DNA of 64,000 bases, taken from assembly GCF_001194135.2 (NCBI RefSeq), contig NC_068982.1:58894287-58958286 (forward strand), written 5' to 3'. The notes beneath the pieces are model-generated. The model was not told where the DNA came from. It did not search any database and was given only the letters and a program-made list of their open reading frames with translations. A program made the translations under genes and the position numbers. Numbering within the stretch: position 1 is the stretch's first letter; every line of letters begins with the position of its first letter. The DNA is from Octopus bimaculoides. Taxonomy: Eukaryota. Positions 12,345 through 24,559 of the stretch are shown piece after piece.

Positions 12345-12755
12345 GGCAGTAAGCTGATAAAACCGTTAGCGAATCGGACAAAAGGCTCAACTGCATTTCT
12401 TCTGGCTTTTTATGTGCTGAGGTCAACTTTGCTTTCCATCCTTTCGAAGTCGATAAGATAATTACCAGTTGAGCACTGGGGTCAGTTTAATTGACCAGCC
12501 CCTCACCACCAAAATTTCACGCCTTATGCCTATCTTAGAAAGGACTGCTATTAAGGCAGCGAACTTGCAGAGTCATTAGTAGGGCAAACAAAATACTAAG
12601 CGGTATTTCGTCCGTCTTTATGTTCTGAGTTCAAATTCTGCCGAGGTCTACTTTGCCTTTCATCGTTTTAGGGTAAAAAAAAAAAATAATAAGTACACCC
12701 CGTTCCTCGAATTTGTTGACCTTGTAAAAAAAATTGAAACCATTATTATTATTAT
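12345..12755 (+). mobile_element. Two tandem type C SINEs
   Basis: Two cores (gaggtcaactttgctttccatcc; gaggtctactttgcctttcatc); ends aaattgaaaccattattatt. Confidence 0.75.
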
Positions 12756-13049
12756 GGCCATTGTATTAGCAAAATGGTTTGTGTGTAAGGCGAAACGCCT
12801 TGCTTTTAGAGTTTCAGTTATTTGCATTCTGAGTGAAAATCCCGCTAGGGTCTATAGAAAGTGGATTGTAGAATAAGAAGAGATACAAATGTAGATCTGT
12901 ATTAATCTCCTACCATATGAACAGCTAATTCTAAACAAATTTAGAAAACATTAATGGAAACGTTTAGAGAATATAATTTTAAAACTACCATCAGAACGAT
13001 CATAAATTTAGTAACATTTAAGAGACCCTTCAAATTTTAAGGATTAGTG

Positions 13050-13398
13050 CAGTGGTTCTCAACAGGGACCTATATGGCCCCTGTGGGTCCATATAAGATT
13101 TTTTGGGGCCCATGCACCAAAATAGTAAATTGGAGACCTACTATAGTATTTTAAGGACCCCTGAAAAAATTTTGCTTTATATGTATGCCTTGGTATGTAT
13201 TGCAAAAAGCAGCTAAGTTTCTTTCTCTAATATTTTATAAAGTTCAACTTATGCAAGTTAATGCGTGGAAAACAAAATATGGATTTTGGAAGAAGTTTCT
13301 ATAAAAATAGTTTTCAAATATCGAATGGCTATGGAGGACCACCAGAATAAGATAGTAATGAAAGGGGTCCATAGATAAGAAATGGTCGAGAAACCCTA
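13050..13398 (+). mobile_element. hAT-type MITE, copy 1
   Basis: Left TIR CAGTGGTTCTCAAC, degenerate right TIR gtcgagaaacccta; internal homology to 17409-17668 and 34621-34955. Confidence 0.75.
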
Positions 13399-13560
13399 GA
13401 ATAGTAAATATTATGCTGAGGGAAAGGATAACGTAGAAGTAACTTACACGAACTTACATTACAACCACCACCTTACAATTATAAGAAACCTGTTCTAAAC
13501 AATTTACTCTAACTTCTTACATGTTCTCCGTCATGGTATACTTCAATTGCGCTGCATACT

Positions 13561-13698
13561 CTAACTCCAACTATATTATAACTTTGAGACATCTCAGAGC
13601 TTGATATTTGGGTTTGAGTTGTAGTCAGTGAGAAAAATGGAAATGAGAAACCGAGAATTGCAACAGAGAAGACTCATCTTTGAATAAACGAATATGCA
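13561..13698 (+). repeat. LTR-like direct repeat, copy 1
   Basis: About 85% identical by manual alignment to 14647-14785; AATAAA shortly before a terminal CA. Confidence 0.75.
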
Positions 13699-14646
13699 CT
13701 AAAAAAGCGGGTTCAAATGCAACACATACAAAATTGTAATACCACTAAGACCAACAAAACAATGTTGAATAACATACATACGTAAATGCACAGGGAGAAT
13801 AAATGTAGCGTTCAGTAAAGCTAGAAATATACTGACATTGATAATAAAAATATTTTCTTCAATCACTACAACTGTCACAGGCCCGTCAAGTAAAATAATA
13901 GAAAAGTTAGTTAGAACTGCACCTTATCAAGAAAGAATTGAAACAATTACACACTAATAACTAACTTTTCTTCCTTGGTGAAATTACAGCAACGCCATGT
14001 TATGGTGTTTCAACCGAATTTCCTTAAAAGTGGCTCGAGCGTATTAAGTCCATGTACCTTCGACAGTTAGCAACGAGGAGAATTACATTAGTTTTACCGA
14101 AAGTAAGTCCAACAGAAGACATACTAAACATGTCCTTTCTCTTTACTGTTCTAACTGGTGTTTGAAAGATAATGGATTCAACAACACCATCATACCTTTG
14201 TCATCTAAGGAACTGCTCTTCTTACACGAATGGATAAAGAACGTTTCTGTTTTGCCAGGAAGAAAAATATGACGTACTGTGCAACAATACGAGATTCTAA
14301 TGAAAAAAATTAGAGTTTGCACATAAGTGTAGACAAGAATATAAGGAACTTTTTAGCAATTTTCAGTGACGGTGAATGGGACATCAACTGACAAACTGGA
14401 AATGAAGCCGCGTGATACTGACAGCGCCTATATAGTAGTATTCTCTAATTAACTCGTAATAACAAATTGATTACTTTCATCGGAAAGTATGATATTAGTA
14501 GCCTTTATATAGTAGCGAAGTAGCGATCTCTGATTAGTTGTCAAACAGATCAATTATGATCTAGCTGTATTCATGAGTTAGAATAATATGTATTGACATA
14601 ACAAAGATGATGTAAATATTTTGCTGTACCACAGTGGCTTAACCCG

Positions 14647-14783
14647 CTAACCCCAACAGAATTATAACTTTGAGACGCCCCAAAGCCTGATATTCGGGTT
14701 TGAATTGCAGTCAGTGAGAAACATGGAAATGAGAAATCGAGAATTGCGACAGAGAAGCATCATCTATGAATAAACGAATATTT

Positions 14784-14785
<2 letters not shown>
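14647..14785 (+). repeat. LTR-like direct repeat, copy 2
   Basis: Direct repeat of 13561-13698, about 1.09 kb downstream. Confidence 0.75.
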
Positions 14786-14837
<52 letters not shown>

Positions 14838-15017
14838 NNNNNNNNNNNNNNNNNNNNNNNNNNNNNNNNNNNNNNNNNNNNNNNNNNNNNNNNNNNNNNN
14901 NNNNNNNNNNNNNNNNNNNNNNNNNNNNNNNNNNNNNNNNNNNNNNNNNNNNNNNNNNNNNNNNNNNNNNNNNNNNNNNNNNNNNNNNNNNNNNGAGAGA
15001 GAGAAAGAGAGAAAGAA

Positions 15018-15049
<32 letters not shown>

Positions 15050-16539
15050 CCAAAAGGAAAAAGAGGTGCAGAAATGCGCGTGCGCGTGCACACACATACA
15101 TATAGGGGGAGAGAGAGAAACAGACAGAGAGATAAAAAGGTGAGTTAGGAGAGAGAGAGAGAGATATATGTAGAAAGGCAATTTCAAGAATAGCATCAAA
15201 ACTTGAAAGTCCATTTACAAAGAATGTGAATACAATATATCTTCCACATGATGTATAGGTTCCATTTTTATGCTAGAATTACAAAGAAAACTATTTTTTT
15301 TGTCGATGTCAGGAAGAATTCTACAACCATTAGCAAAGCCAAGTTATATCCAAAAACATACAAGACATTCTTAATCTTAAAGCTAGAAACAGAAAAACTA
15401 TGGTGATTTATTTATTTATAAATTTTTACCAAAGTTGTGTAAGTCAGATAATTGAAAACGAAAGCCTTTCTAAAATCTTTTTTTCCTTTCTTTTCGGACT
15501 TTTCCTTTCATTCAGTACCAGTGTGTGTTATTGTTGTACTGCACGTTTAATATTCCATTCCCAACGCCACATCGTCATTTTCATGCTCTCGTTTATGTGG
15601 GATCCATGTTAGACGTTTTGGTTTCATAAACGCTTGTGATTGCTGTTATGTATTCAAAGGTCGGAGATGATTGAAAATATCTATGGATTACACTGTGTAA
15701 CAAAAGATTTATGTTTTATTTTTGTCTTTGGTCAGTAAGTGTTATTTCCTTTTTGCTTCTATCTAGAAATCAAAGGACATGACTACTATTCCCTTCAAAC
15801 TTTGTTTCTGCGACCTGGACATCAACGCTTTGATCTATTTTCTGACCTATTTTCCATTACATTTCAGACAAGTTCAGCACTGAGTTGCTGAAGCAAAAAT
15901 ATCGTTATAGCAAATATTCTGCTCAATACCACAGATTTGCTTGTCAGTTGCTTGCCCTTAACCATTTGAGTAGGAGTAGTGGGAGAGCATCATAGCCATG
16001 TGTTGAGAGGGATTCTTTGGGGTTTGAATAAATGTAACAAAAGCAAAGTCTAAAGGAAATATTAGCCATTTTTCATACTTTCTAGGGGGAAGTAAATAGG
16101 AAATAAAGGCTGCTAATCAAGGACAAAAATCGGGTAACACGATGTTTTAGATGATCCAGTCAAGACCTGTCTTTCATTCTTTTGGGGTCTTTGAAGTACC
16201 AGTCAAGTACTGGGATCAATATATTCTACTAAAACCCACTCCCTAAAGCTACAGTCCTTGTAGCAAAATTTGAAACCATTATTATTATGTCATGCGTTGG
16301 TTTTGCTTTAATTTATACGAGTTGTATCCAGTCCTCAATCATAGATGCCAAGAAACAGCAAGGTGTTGCATATAAAGATGTTAGCAGTTGAGGTGTATGC
16401 AATTGAAAACACTGATGTCTGTAGGAAGAAAAATACAGAGTGGATAAGGTTGCATTTACACGGAGAAGAATTTATGCAGAATATGGGAAGTACCCATAAC
16501 TATGATCTCCTGTAGTTAGCTTATTTTGGGGCTGCTAGA

Positions 16540-17400
16540 GTGTTGATCTAGAAACTCGTTTGCTTCTCTTGATATCTCTTCAAGTGCCCCAGTAATAATA
16601 GGTAATGTTTTTGCTTTGAGATGCCACATTCTTCCGATTTCATTCTCCAGTTTTTCAAAGGTCTTGTCGGCTGGGGCTGTAACACCAATCAGAAGACAAG
16701 TCTTTGCAATATGATTTTTCAGAACAGGACCCGGTCGGTTTGCCGTATTTCTCGATCAGTCTGAACACTAAAAATCCAAAGGATGACAACGTCGGCATTC
16801 TGGGCAACCTGTGGCGACTCGTGTTACCTCCCATTGTTTTTGTGAGGCTGGTTATGTACCGAGTTGCCCTATCATGCAAGTATTCTTGGTGACAGTCTGC
16901 TATATCCGGAGATTGTTTCTAGGTGCTCTCCGCATATGCGGTATTATGAATTGCTTTCATGTGTCAGCACAATACTCTTGCAATTCCTTGTTGGAAAGGA
17001 CTGATCTTTAGCAGCAATGATATTTTCCCTAGTTTCTGGTTTGAGACTGGAGCATAGAAACCACTGGTATGTAAGGGCTTGATCTACATCATGGTCTCTG
17101 ATGATTGTCGGGTTTTTGCCATTGAGAGACCTTTGCTCCAATTTCTTCTTAATATATTGGAGGATGGTTTGCTTGGCTATGGTTTATATTTCTTTTGCCT
17201 TGTCTTTTGAGGACACACATTCTTCGAGTGCAGGTTCACCTAGTTGCAGTTCTCAGGGGTCTATTTTCGTGTTCTTCGTCACGGAGTGCAATTTTTTGGC
17301 ATGTTCATGTTTCAGACCCATCTTTAAAATCCAGTCGTTTGCTTGTAGTAGGCAGATTCTCCGATCAAGCGATCAAACAAAAGTCATGGATCTTCTGTCA
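16540..17400 (-). mobile_element. Decayed 3' part of a restriction-like-endonuclease (RLE) non-LTR retrotransposon (R4/Dong-like)
   Basis: Minus translations: NDWILKMGLKHEHAKKLHSV, EQRSLNGKNP..DVDQALTYQW..LKPET..IIAAKDQSFPTRN, RICGEHLETI (zinc-knuckle remnant), HDR, TANRPGPVLKNHIAKTCLLI and LENEIGRMWHLK..PIITGAL; many stops and frameshifts. Confidence 0.8.
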
Positions 17401-17408
17401 ATTTAGCC

Positions 17409-17668
17409 CAGTGGTTCTCAAACATTTTTTGCTTATGGACCCCTTTGATTCCTATCTTACTCTAGGGCTTGGACCTTCATAGCCATTCGCTGTCTAAAAA
17501 CTGTTATATTTTTATGATTGAATATTATTAGGAATTGTATACAAAAATGCTTAAATATTTTGGGCATTTTAGAAAAAAGACCAATTTTATTGCACATAAA
17601 TTTTAACAACGAAATCTTATATGGATCCCCCCGCCCAAGGGCCATAGAGATCCAGGTTGAGAACCACT
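17409..17668 (-). mobile_element. hAT-type MITE, copy 2
   Basis: TIRs cagtggttctcaa / ttgagaaccacta; 8-bp TSD atttagcc versus atttagac (7/8). Confidence 0.85.
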
Positions 17669-17762
17669 AATTTAGACGAAAAACGTTAATTTATTTCTTC
17701 GGTCAACTGAACTATCTACTCTTTAAATTAACATTAACTATCTACTCTTTAAATTAACGATC

Positions 17763-18016
17763 AAAGGTTTCTCCCGAACCATAGGTTCATAAGGCCGGTT
17801 TGTCAGATTCTGTGGCGTGATATGTTCCTCCCCACCACTCTGGACGGGACAACAGTCATTGGCATGATAACTCATTTTTTTCTATTTGAGAGGAATGGAG
17901 CAACACGAAAGGAGATGTTTTGCTCAAGAACACAACACATCACCCTTCCCGAGAAGCGAACCCATAATCTAACGATCAGGAGTTCAACACCCTAAGCACT
18001 AAGCCACGCGACTCCA
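17763..18016 (-). mobile_element. SINE with type D head and tail Y
   Basis: Head gcgtggcttagtgc..gtgttgtgttcttgagcaaaac as in D; tail gactgttgtcccgtccag..aaaccggccttatgaacct as at about 2410-2495. Confidence 0.7.
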
Positions 18017-18098
18017 CTGATCCGAGACTAAACATTAATAAAAAAAAAATCATCGTCATCTGCCGTCACCACTACTACATAACCACAACATCTAGCAT

Positions 18099-18132
<34 letters not shown>

Positions 18133-18321
18133 GTCACCACCACCATTCAGTCTTCCTATGTGTAACATTAACCGTACTCCTCTTACTCTCTTTAACAATC
18201 CCCGCACCACTACCATAATTTTTCTAACCTACTCCACATAATTCTATCTAAATAAACAATGACGAAAAACAAACAATCAAGTATGTATAAATATGAAAAA
18301 TAAACATTAAAACAGTAAGTA

Positions 18322-18339
<18 letters not shown>

Positions 18340-18359
<20 letters not shown>

Positions 18360-18470
18360 ATAATAATAATAATAATAATANNNNNNNNNNAGAAGAAGAA
18401 GAAGAAGAAGAAGAAGAAGAAGAAGAAGAAGAAGAAGAAGAAGAAGAAGAAGAAGAAGAAGAAGAAGAAA
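18340..18470. repeat. (TAC)n(TAA)n - gap - (AGA)n compound microsatellite
   Basis: Visible directly. Confidence 0.9.
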
Positions 18471-19096
18471 GCACAAAAATACGGAACTGTCGCCCTCGGG
18501 CAAAAGTTATTTTGTTTCTGAAAACTGTTTATAGTCCAAAAACAAGTTAAGTAAAAAGCGGTGAGTTTCCCTTTCGGCATAGATCTTTTGTAATGATACA
18601 AGCATGGGCTGACAGTCAGCCATCTTTTGTAGACAAGCCATCAACCTAGCCAGCCAGAGAGTTAACCATCCGCACAACCAACGAAACAATTCAAAAAACA
18701 AACTTTATTCAGCTGTTCACTTTTAAAATTCCACGTCCTACTCTGATTATGCCCAACATTGTGTTAAGTTTCCAACACGCTTATATGCAATGCGCTGAAA
18801 AATCGACTTTGCCCCTTGAAAATCATATTAAACGTTGAGTGTTTTCAAGAAATCGTATTTGTATTATAAGAATATATACATTTTGTAATATTTCTCAGAC
18901 TAATTGTGGCAAGAGTTGCCACAGGGCAAAAAGCTAAGATTCTAGCCAACAGGTTCTGCGTATCAATTACAGTCCCAAGCCGAAACCATTTCATTTCATT
19001 TGAATATCAAATGGTTTTAGGAAAAGCATAGATGTCACATTTCGTATGTGTATTTCATGTGCAAGATTCTTGATGTGGATACGCGTGTTGAAAGAA

Positions 19097-19161
19097 ATAC
19101 AATTAAACCTTGGGAGAAGCATAATTACCGGCATAATGCCTCTCCCAAGGTTTAATTGTAT
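19097..19161. other. Inverted repeat with a perfect 21-bp stem
   Basis: 19097-19117 atacaattaaaccttgggaga is the exact reverse complement of 19141-19161; after one mismatch, four more pairs (gcat/atgc). Confidence 0.9.
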
Positions 19162-20332
19162 AGATGCCACAATTACTCCGCTAGCCTTCTTCAGGCATTC
19201 AAGAAGTTAGTACACGGTTTTATATGCCATAGAGTATAGAAAATAATTTATTCTTTCGTTGTGCCACATTTAAATTTATATATATTCATACGAAATGCTT
19301 AAAGCAAATAGTTTGTTCGTTTAAATTATAAACAAAGCCAGTGGCTTGTTTAGGCTCAAAGGTCCGAGTGCTTTTGGTCGACGTGATACAACATATCGAA
19401 ACACCGGTGTCCCAGAATCCCTTGCGCCAAGAAACCTAGTATGTCATGAACAGGCCGTCATCGTAAAAAGGAGAAGCTATTGTCCTGTGACATACACAAC
19501 AGCGTCTAGCATATTTGCGTTGAATTTGCCGGGACGTATTAACAACAAATATGCAAATTTTCGTTTAATTAAAGTGCTGTACAAGTATCTTTAATAGTAA
19601 TGGGAAACAATTATATTTCGCAGTATATATTGGATCGCTGTTATTACTGATATTCCTTAATCAAAGTAACGCTATTTTCAAAATTTAATATACAGTTTCA
19701 GATATCATGGAAAATAGAAAGCAGAAAGCTATTTCACATTTAAGTTTGTTTTTACATGTAAAACGTCCAGTAGTTTTGGTGAAACATTGTGTGAAATTAC
19801 TTTACTTTGTGTAAGATGAAATATAAAGAAAACTGTAAAAAGAAAAAAAAAGAAGCGAAAGTTGTAGTTTATGTTTCTATATTTCGGGTCTATGACTCGT
19901 TTTTCAGTACACGTGGAAAAGCGACGGATGGAAAGATCGTAGTGTTTGGTTTCAGCAAAACACTTCATATCATCCACCCTCCAAAACTACCAACTATCAC
20001 CACCATCGTAACAACAACAACACCGCCACCACGCCTTTGTTACGTGGTATTGGTCGAGCCAGAATAATTTCTAAACAAAGTATGAAACTCATCTGTAGAC
20101 TATCCGTTTCTTCCCTGTCTGATGATAGCAGGTAAAAGTGAGAATAACCCTTTTCGCCTTTCAAATTTGTTTTCAAAGAATACAGCTAATCCAGCAATTG
20201 TCAACGTTCCCAATAGGATCAAAGATGAGGTCAGGGAACTTGCTAACAATAGCAGTCAAATCTCTTTCAACCAATAGTTTACTGTCTTAAAAATGGAAGA
20301 CATTTATGAAAATATGGTGCAGTGTGTGATAG

Positions 20333-20687
20333 TGGATCTTCGTCGTTCAGTGATGAGCAGTCAGGTTTCCATAACTTGAATTAACTGCTCTTGAATTAAC
20401 GTATAACTGGCTGACCAGTTCACATGCACGTGTGCCCATTTACTTCTCAAGTAAAATCAGCGCGATTCAGTATATGAAAAGTCTGTGCCATTTTTGAATT
20501 ATAGGAACAATCTCCTCGACGGGCTTCTGTACAATTTCCGTCTGTCCAAGTTCACTCTCAAGACATTGATCAATCCGAGGTTATAGAAAATGAAATGACA
20601 TTTACTGAGATGCCAAGTGGTAAGATCGAACCCAGGATCTCGTCGTTGTGAAGCGAACTTTTCAGCCATTCAATCACACGGTGCCTG
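20333..20687 (-). mobile_element. Old chimeric SINE: type B head with tail X
   Basis: Minus strand caggcaccgtgtg..ctgggttcgatc..agacggaaatt..gaagcccgtcg (B), then ctataattcaaa..gggcacacgtg..cagccagttatacgttaattcaagagcag (X of type A). Confidence 0.65.
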
Positions 20688-20723
20688 TGTGTAGTATTAA
20701 GAAGATAGAACTGACATGACTGA

Positions 20724-20945
20724 AATGGCTTCAAACTTTGGCTAAGGGCCAGCAGTTTTTGAGGGGAAGAGGGAACCGATTACATTGAGCCCAGCATTTT
20801 GATTGGTACTTATTTTATCGGCGTCGAAAGAATGAAAGGCAAAATGGACCTTGGTAGAATTTGAACTCAGAATATAAAGACTGACGAAACGCCGCTAAGC
20901 AACTTGTCCGATGGCATGTTAACGATTCTGCCACCTCACAGCCTT
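20724..20945 (-). mobile_element. SINE type C
   Basis: tggtacttattttatcggcgtcgaaagaatgaaaggcaaa; aacgattctgcc head. Confidence 0.8.
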
Positions 20946-21137
20946 ATGTTTGGCTAATAACAGCACCAGCTCACCCTTGAGATGACAGTAATCCTTCCTA
21001 TAGTCTTATCCGCTCTTGTTTCTTCTTCCTATTCACCCCCTCTCTCTCTCTCCTCTTTGTTCTCCTCTCTTTTCCATTCCTTCGGTATTTCCCTTCATCA
21101 CTCGTAACATTCTGTCTCTTAATGTGGTAAGCAGATG

Positions 21138-21354
21138 AAGGCGGTGAGCTGACAGAGTCGTTAGCATGCTGGGAATAATGCTTGGCGGCATTTTGTCCGT
21201 CTTTACGTTCTGTGTTCAAATTCTCCCGATGTCGACTTTGCCTTTCATCCTTTCGGGGGTCAATGAAATAAGTACTAGTTGAAAACTGGAATCGATGTAA
21301 TCGACTTACTTCTCCCTTAAAATTACTGGCCTTGTGCCAAAACTTAAAACCATT
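21138..21354 (+). mobile_element. SINE type C
   Basis: aaggcggtgagctgacagagtcgttagc..gtcgactttgcctttcatcctttcgggg..gtgccaaaacttaaaaccatt. Confidence 0.9.
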
Positions 21355-22189
21355 GCGGTAAGTAGTTAACGTGTGATGCAGAGTAGCAACAGACCTGGAA
21401 CACCTGTTGAACACCGCTTCAACTCGCATGGTTATTTTCATCAACGTCTTAATTATTTTTCTTCTCGAACGCCACTGTTCTACAGTTCCTTCGAGGACAA
21501 TGGCTATTTTTTTCCAATTGGAATCAATAATCGATTGAATTTCCATCCAAATTCACACTATTTGAATCTTCTTTCTACTTGCTCACACATACATGATGGT
21601 ATGTTCACACAAGCTTGTCTACTTATTCTTTCGTTTTTTTATTTTTTGTTTGTTTCTACTCGCTTACACATGCATACATATTTCCACAATTTGATCAAAC
21701 CACCTGCTGACAAATACGTAACGCTACTCATATTACCAACGCAACCTGATCCACTCCTTAATTCTCTATTCGTCCTCAACAACCTTTTAACCCTCCTCTA
21801 TTACATTCTTCTTTACTAGAAATCACATACTCATAGACACTTTATTTTTGCTATTAGTACTCATGTTTGTTCAATAACGCACATAAAACCTTTTCCTCTA
21901 ACTTCGCTATATATTTTTCTTTTTTATCGTGGTAAAGAGCTCCTTGCTTGAAATCTTAATACCGCTTTCTTTTCCTCATAATAAGATCTATATTATCTTT
22001 ATCGGTTCAGACCACCGACTAAAGTTTTTGGTTGTCTTTTCAGTATATTATTAAGTCTATGAGTTATTAAGGGGAACAAAAATTCCATTAAAAAAACACA
22101 AAAAACAAAAACAGTCGCCGTTTGCGTTGTGGTGGAAAATATCGAACTGGCTGTAAAAGGATTTTGAGAAGTACGTGATGGGGGCAATT

Positions 22190-22770
22190 CTTCGGCTGTT
22201 GATGATGGTAGTGTTATTTTTTGTAGTGATGGAGTTGATTGCAGTGGTGGTGCTAATGGTGATGGTGATAACGATCGTGATGTCAGAGATGGTGATGATG
22301 AAGCTGACGATGATGGTGGAGAAGATCGGGGTAGCGATAATGGTGCCGTTGTGAGTGATGATGGTGGTGGTGGTGGGTGATGAGTGTGGTGATGGTGACA
22401 AATGTGGTGCTGATGGTGTTGGTGGTGGTGCTGATGGTGTTGGTGGTGGTGCTGATAGTGACAGAGACAGTGATACTTCTAATGGTGGAAGCGATGGTAA
22501 CGGCGGTGTTAGTGTTGGTAGCGAAGTGGTGAGAATGCGCGTTGGTGATAATGGAAAGGGAGAGGGTGACAGTCATAGTAATAGCGCTGATGCTGATGAT
22601 GGAAATGATGACGAAGGTGACGGAGTGATGATGGTAACTTTGAGAGCAATAGTGAAAAGAGTGACGGTGGTGGTGGTGAAGAAAGAGATTTTGGTGGTGG
22701 AGGTGTTGCTAATGGTGATAGTTGAGGTACTGGTGCCTCTAGTGATGGCAGTTATTGGCCAGAGGTGCTA
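22190..22770. repeat. Cryptically simple (GGT/GAT)-rich tract
   Basis: Trinucleotide periodicity; ORFs on both strands are compositionally trivial. Confidence 0.8.
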
Positions 22771-23068
22771 GTAAGTGTGAAAGTTGAGTATAAAGTCAAA
22801 ACAAGAAGGAATTGCTCGCGTGGAAGTCTAAAAATGGACGGTGATATAGATTTCATCTGTTTATTCTGTTTAATTTAACAAACAGTTTGGTCAAATATTG
22901 GGTTTTGATCAAAATCTATTGATTCTCTAAAATACCTTCATTCCTTCTTAGTTTTAACTTCTCACACACACACACACTCTCTCTCTCTCTCTTTCACTCT
23001 TTGCATGTATGTATGCATCTGTCTATCTATCTATCTATCTATCTACCTGCCTGCCTGTCTATCTACCG

Positions 23069-23114
<46 letters not shown>

Positions 23115-23179
23115 TATCACACACGCGTGCGGACTATCTGCTCCTTCCTCCTTTCCCCCTTCTCTAGGCTTTTTTTCTT

Positions 23180-23330
23180 TTATTCGACAAAGATGCATGC
23201 TCGAAACGTCATTTTTACTCCTATTTTTTCATCTAAACATTTCACTGAGCGCAATCTAATACATTCACTGTGTACGCCCAATTGACTTTTGTTTTCCCCT
23301 GTGTCCTTTCGTCTTGGTCTCCCACCCCCA
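23180..23330 (+). mobile_element. Penelope-type terminal repeat remnant (degenerate hammerhead-like core)
   Basis: ttcgacaaagatgcatgctcgaaacgtc...ctaatacattcactgtgtacg is homologous to 59770-59880. Confidence 0.5.
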
Positions 23331-23354
23331 CACGTCTTTTTCATCTTTCCGCCT

Positions 23355-23519
23355 TGAGAAATTTTAGTTAAACAAATCAACCCCGGCATTTATATTTTTA
23401 AGCCTGGTACTTTTTCTATCGATCTCTTTTGCTGAACACTAGATCATGGGGATGCAAGCACACGAAAACCGGTCGTCAAGTAGTGATGACGACAAAAACA
23501 GACACAAAGACACACTCAC

Positions 23520-23520
<1 letters not shown>
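23355..23520 (-). mobile_element. SINE type B 3' unit, diverged
   Basis: aagcctggtactttttctatcgatctcttttgctgaac..gtcaag motifs. Confidence 0.6.
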
Positions 23521-23552
<32 letters not shown>

Positions 23553-24100
23553 NNNNNNNNNNNNNNNNNNNNNNNNNNNNNNNNNNNNNNNNNNNNNNNN
23601 NNNNNNNNNNNNNNNNNNNNNNNNNNNNNNNNNNNNNNNNNNNNNNNNNNNNNNNNNNNNNNNNNNNNNNNNNNNNNNNNNNNNNNNNNNNNNNNNNNNN
23701 NNNNNNNNNNNNNNNNNNNNNNNNNNNNNNNNNNNNNNNNNNNNNNNNNNNNNNNNNNNNNNNNNNNNNNNNNNNNNNNNNNNNNNNNNNNNNNNNNNNN
23801 NNNNNNNNNNNNNNNNNNNNNNNNNNNNNNNNNNNNNNNNNNNNNNNNNNNNNNNNNNNNNNNNNNNNNNNNNNNNNNNNNNNNNNNNNNNNNNNNNNNN
23901 NNNNNNNNNNNNNNNNNNNNNNNNNNNNNNNNNNNNNNNNNNNNNNNNNNNNNNNNNNNNNNNNNNNNNNNNNNNNNNNNNNNNNNNNNNNNNNNNNNNN
24001 NNNNNNNNNNNNNNNNNNNNNNNNNNNNNNNNNNNNNNNNNNNNNNNNNNNNNNNNNNNNNNNNNNNNNNNNNNNTATATATATATATATATATATATAT

Positions 24101-24126
24101 GCTAACGATTCTGCGAGCTCGCTGCC

Positions 24127-24167
<41 letters not shown>

Positions 24168-24372
24168 TTCTACTAAAAGCACAAGGCCTCGAATTTGGGG
24201 AGAGGGGGACTAATCGATTACATTGACCCCACTGTTTCACTGATACTTATTTTATCGACTACGAAAGGAAGAAAGGCAAAGTCGATCTCGGCAGAATTTG
24301 AATTCAGAACGTGAAGAGACGAAATGCCGCTAAGCATTTTGCCCAGCGTGCTTACTATTCTGCCCGTTCACC
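24101..24372 (-). mobile_element. Type C head at the gap edge (24101-24128) plus a type C copy (24165-24372)
   Basis: gctaacgattctgcgagctcgctgcc; tacttattttatcgactacgaaaggaagaaaggcaaagtcga. Confidence 0.8.
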
Positions 24373-24401
24373 GAATAACAACATCAACAACAACAACAAC
24401 A

Positions 24402-24452
<51 letters not shown>

Positions 24453-24517
24453 GGAATCAACCTCCTTGTTCGACCTCCTCTTCTTCATTATCATCATCGT
24501 TTTCTTCCACTTCTTCT

Positions 24518-24559
<42 letters not shown>

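Noticed and set aside
15513-15630. Strong acceptor followed by a PHRHFHALV (HUH-like) peptide
   Set aside because: The frame closes after 37 codons with no other Rep motifs or a donor.
17710-17758. 23-bp direct duplication (also short duplications near 10430 and 60470/60605)
   Set aside because: Ordinary local slippage with no further structure.
22057-22771. Gly/Asp/Val- and Thr-rich ORFs resembling structural proteins
   Set aside because: Explained by GGT/GAT simple repeats open on both strands; no splice or domain support.
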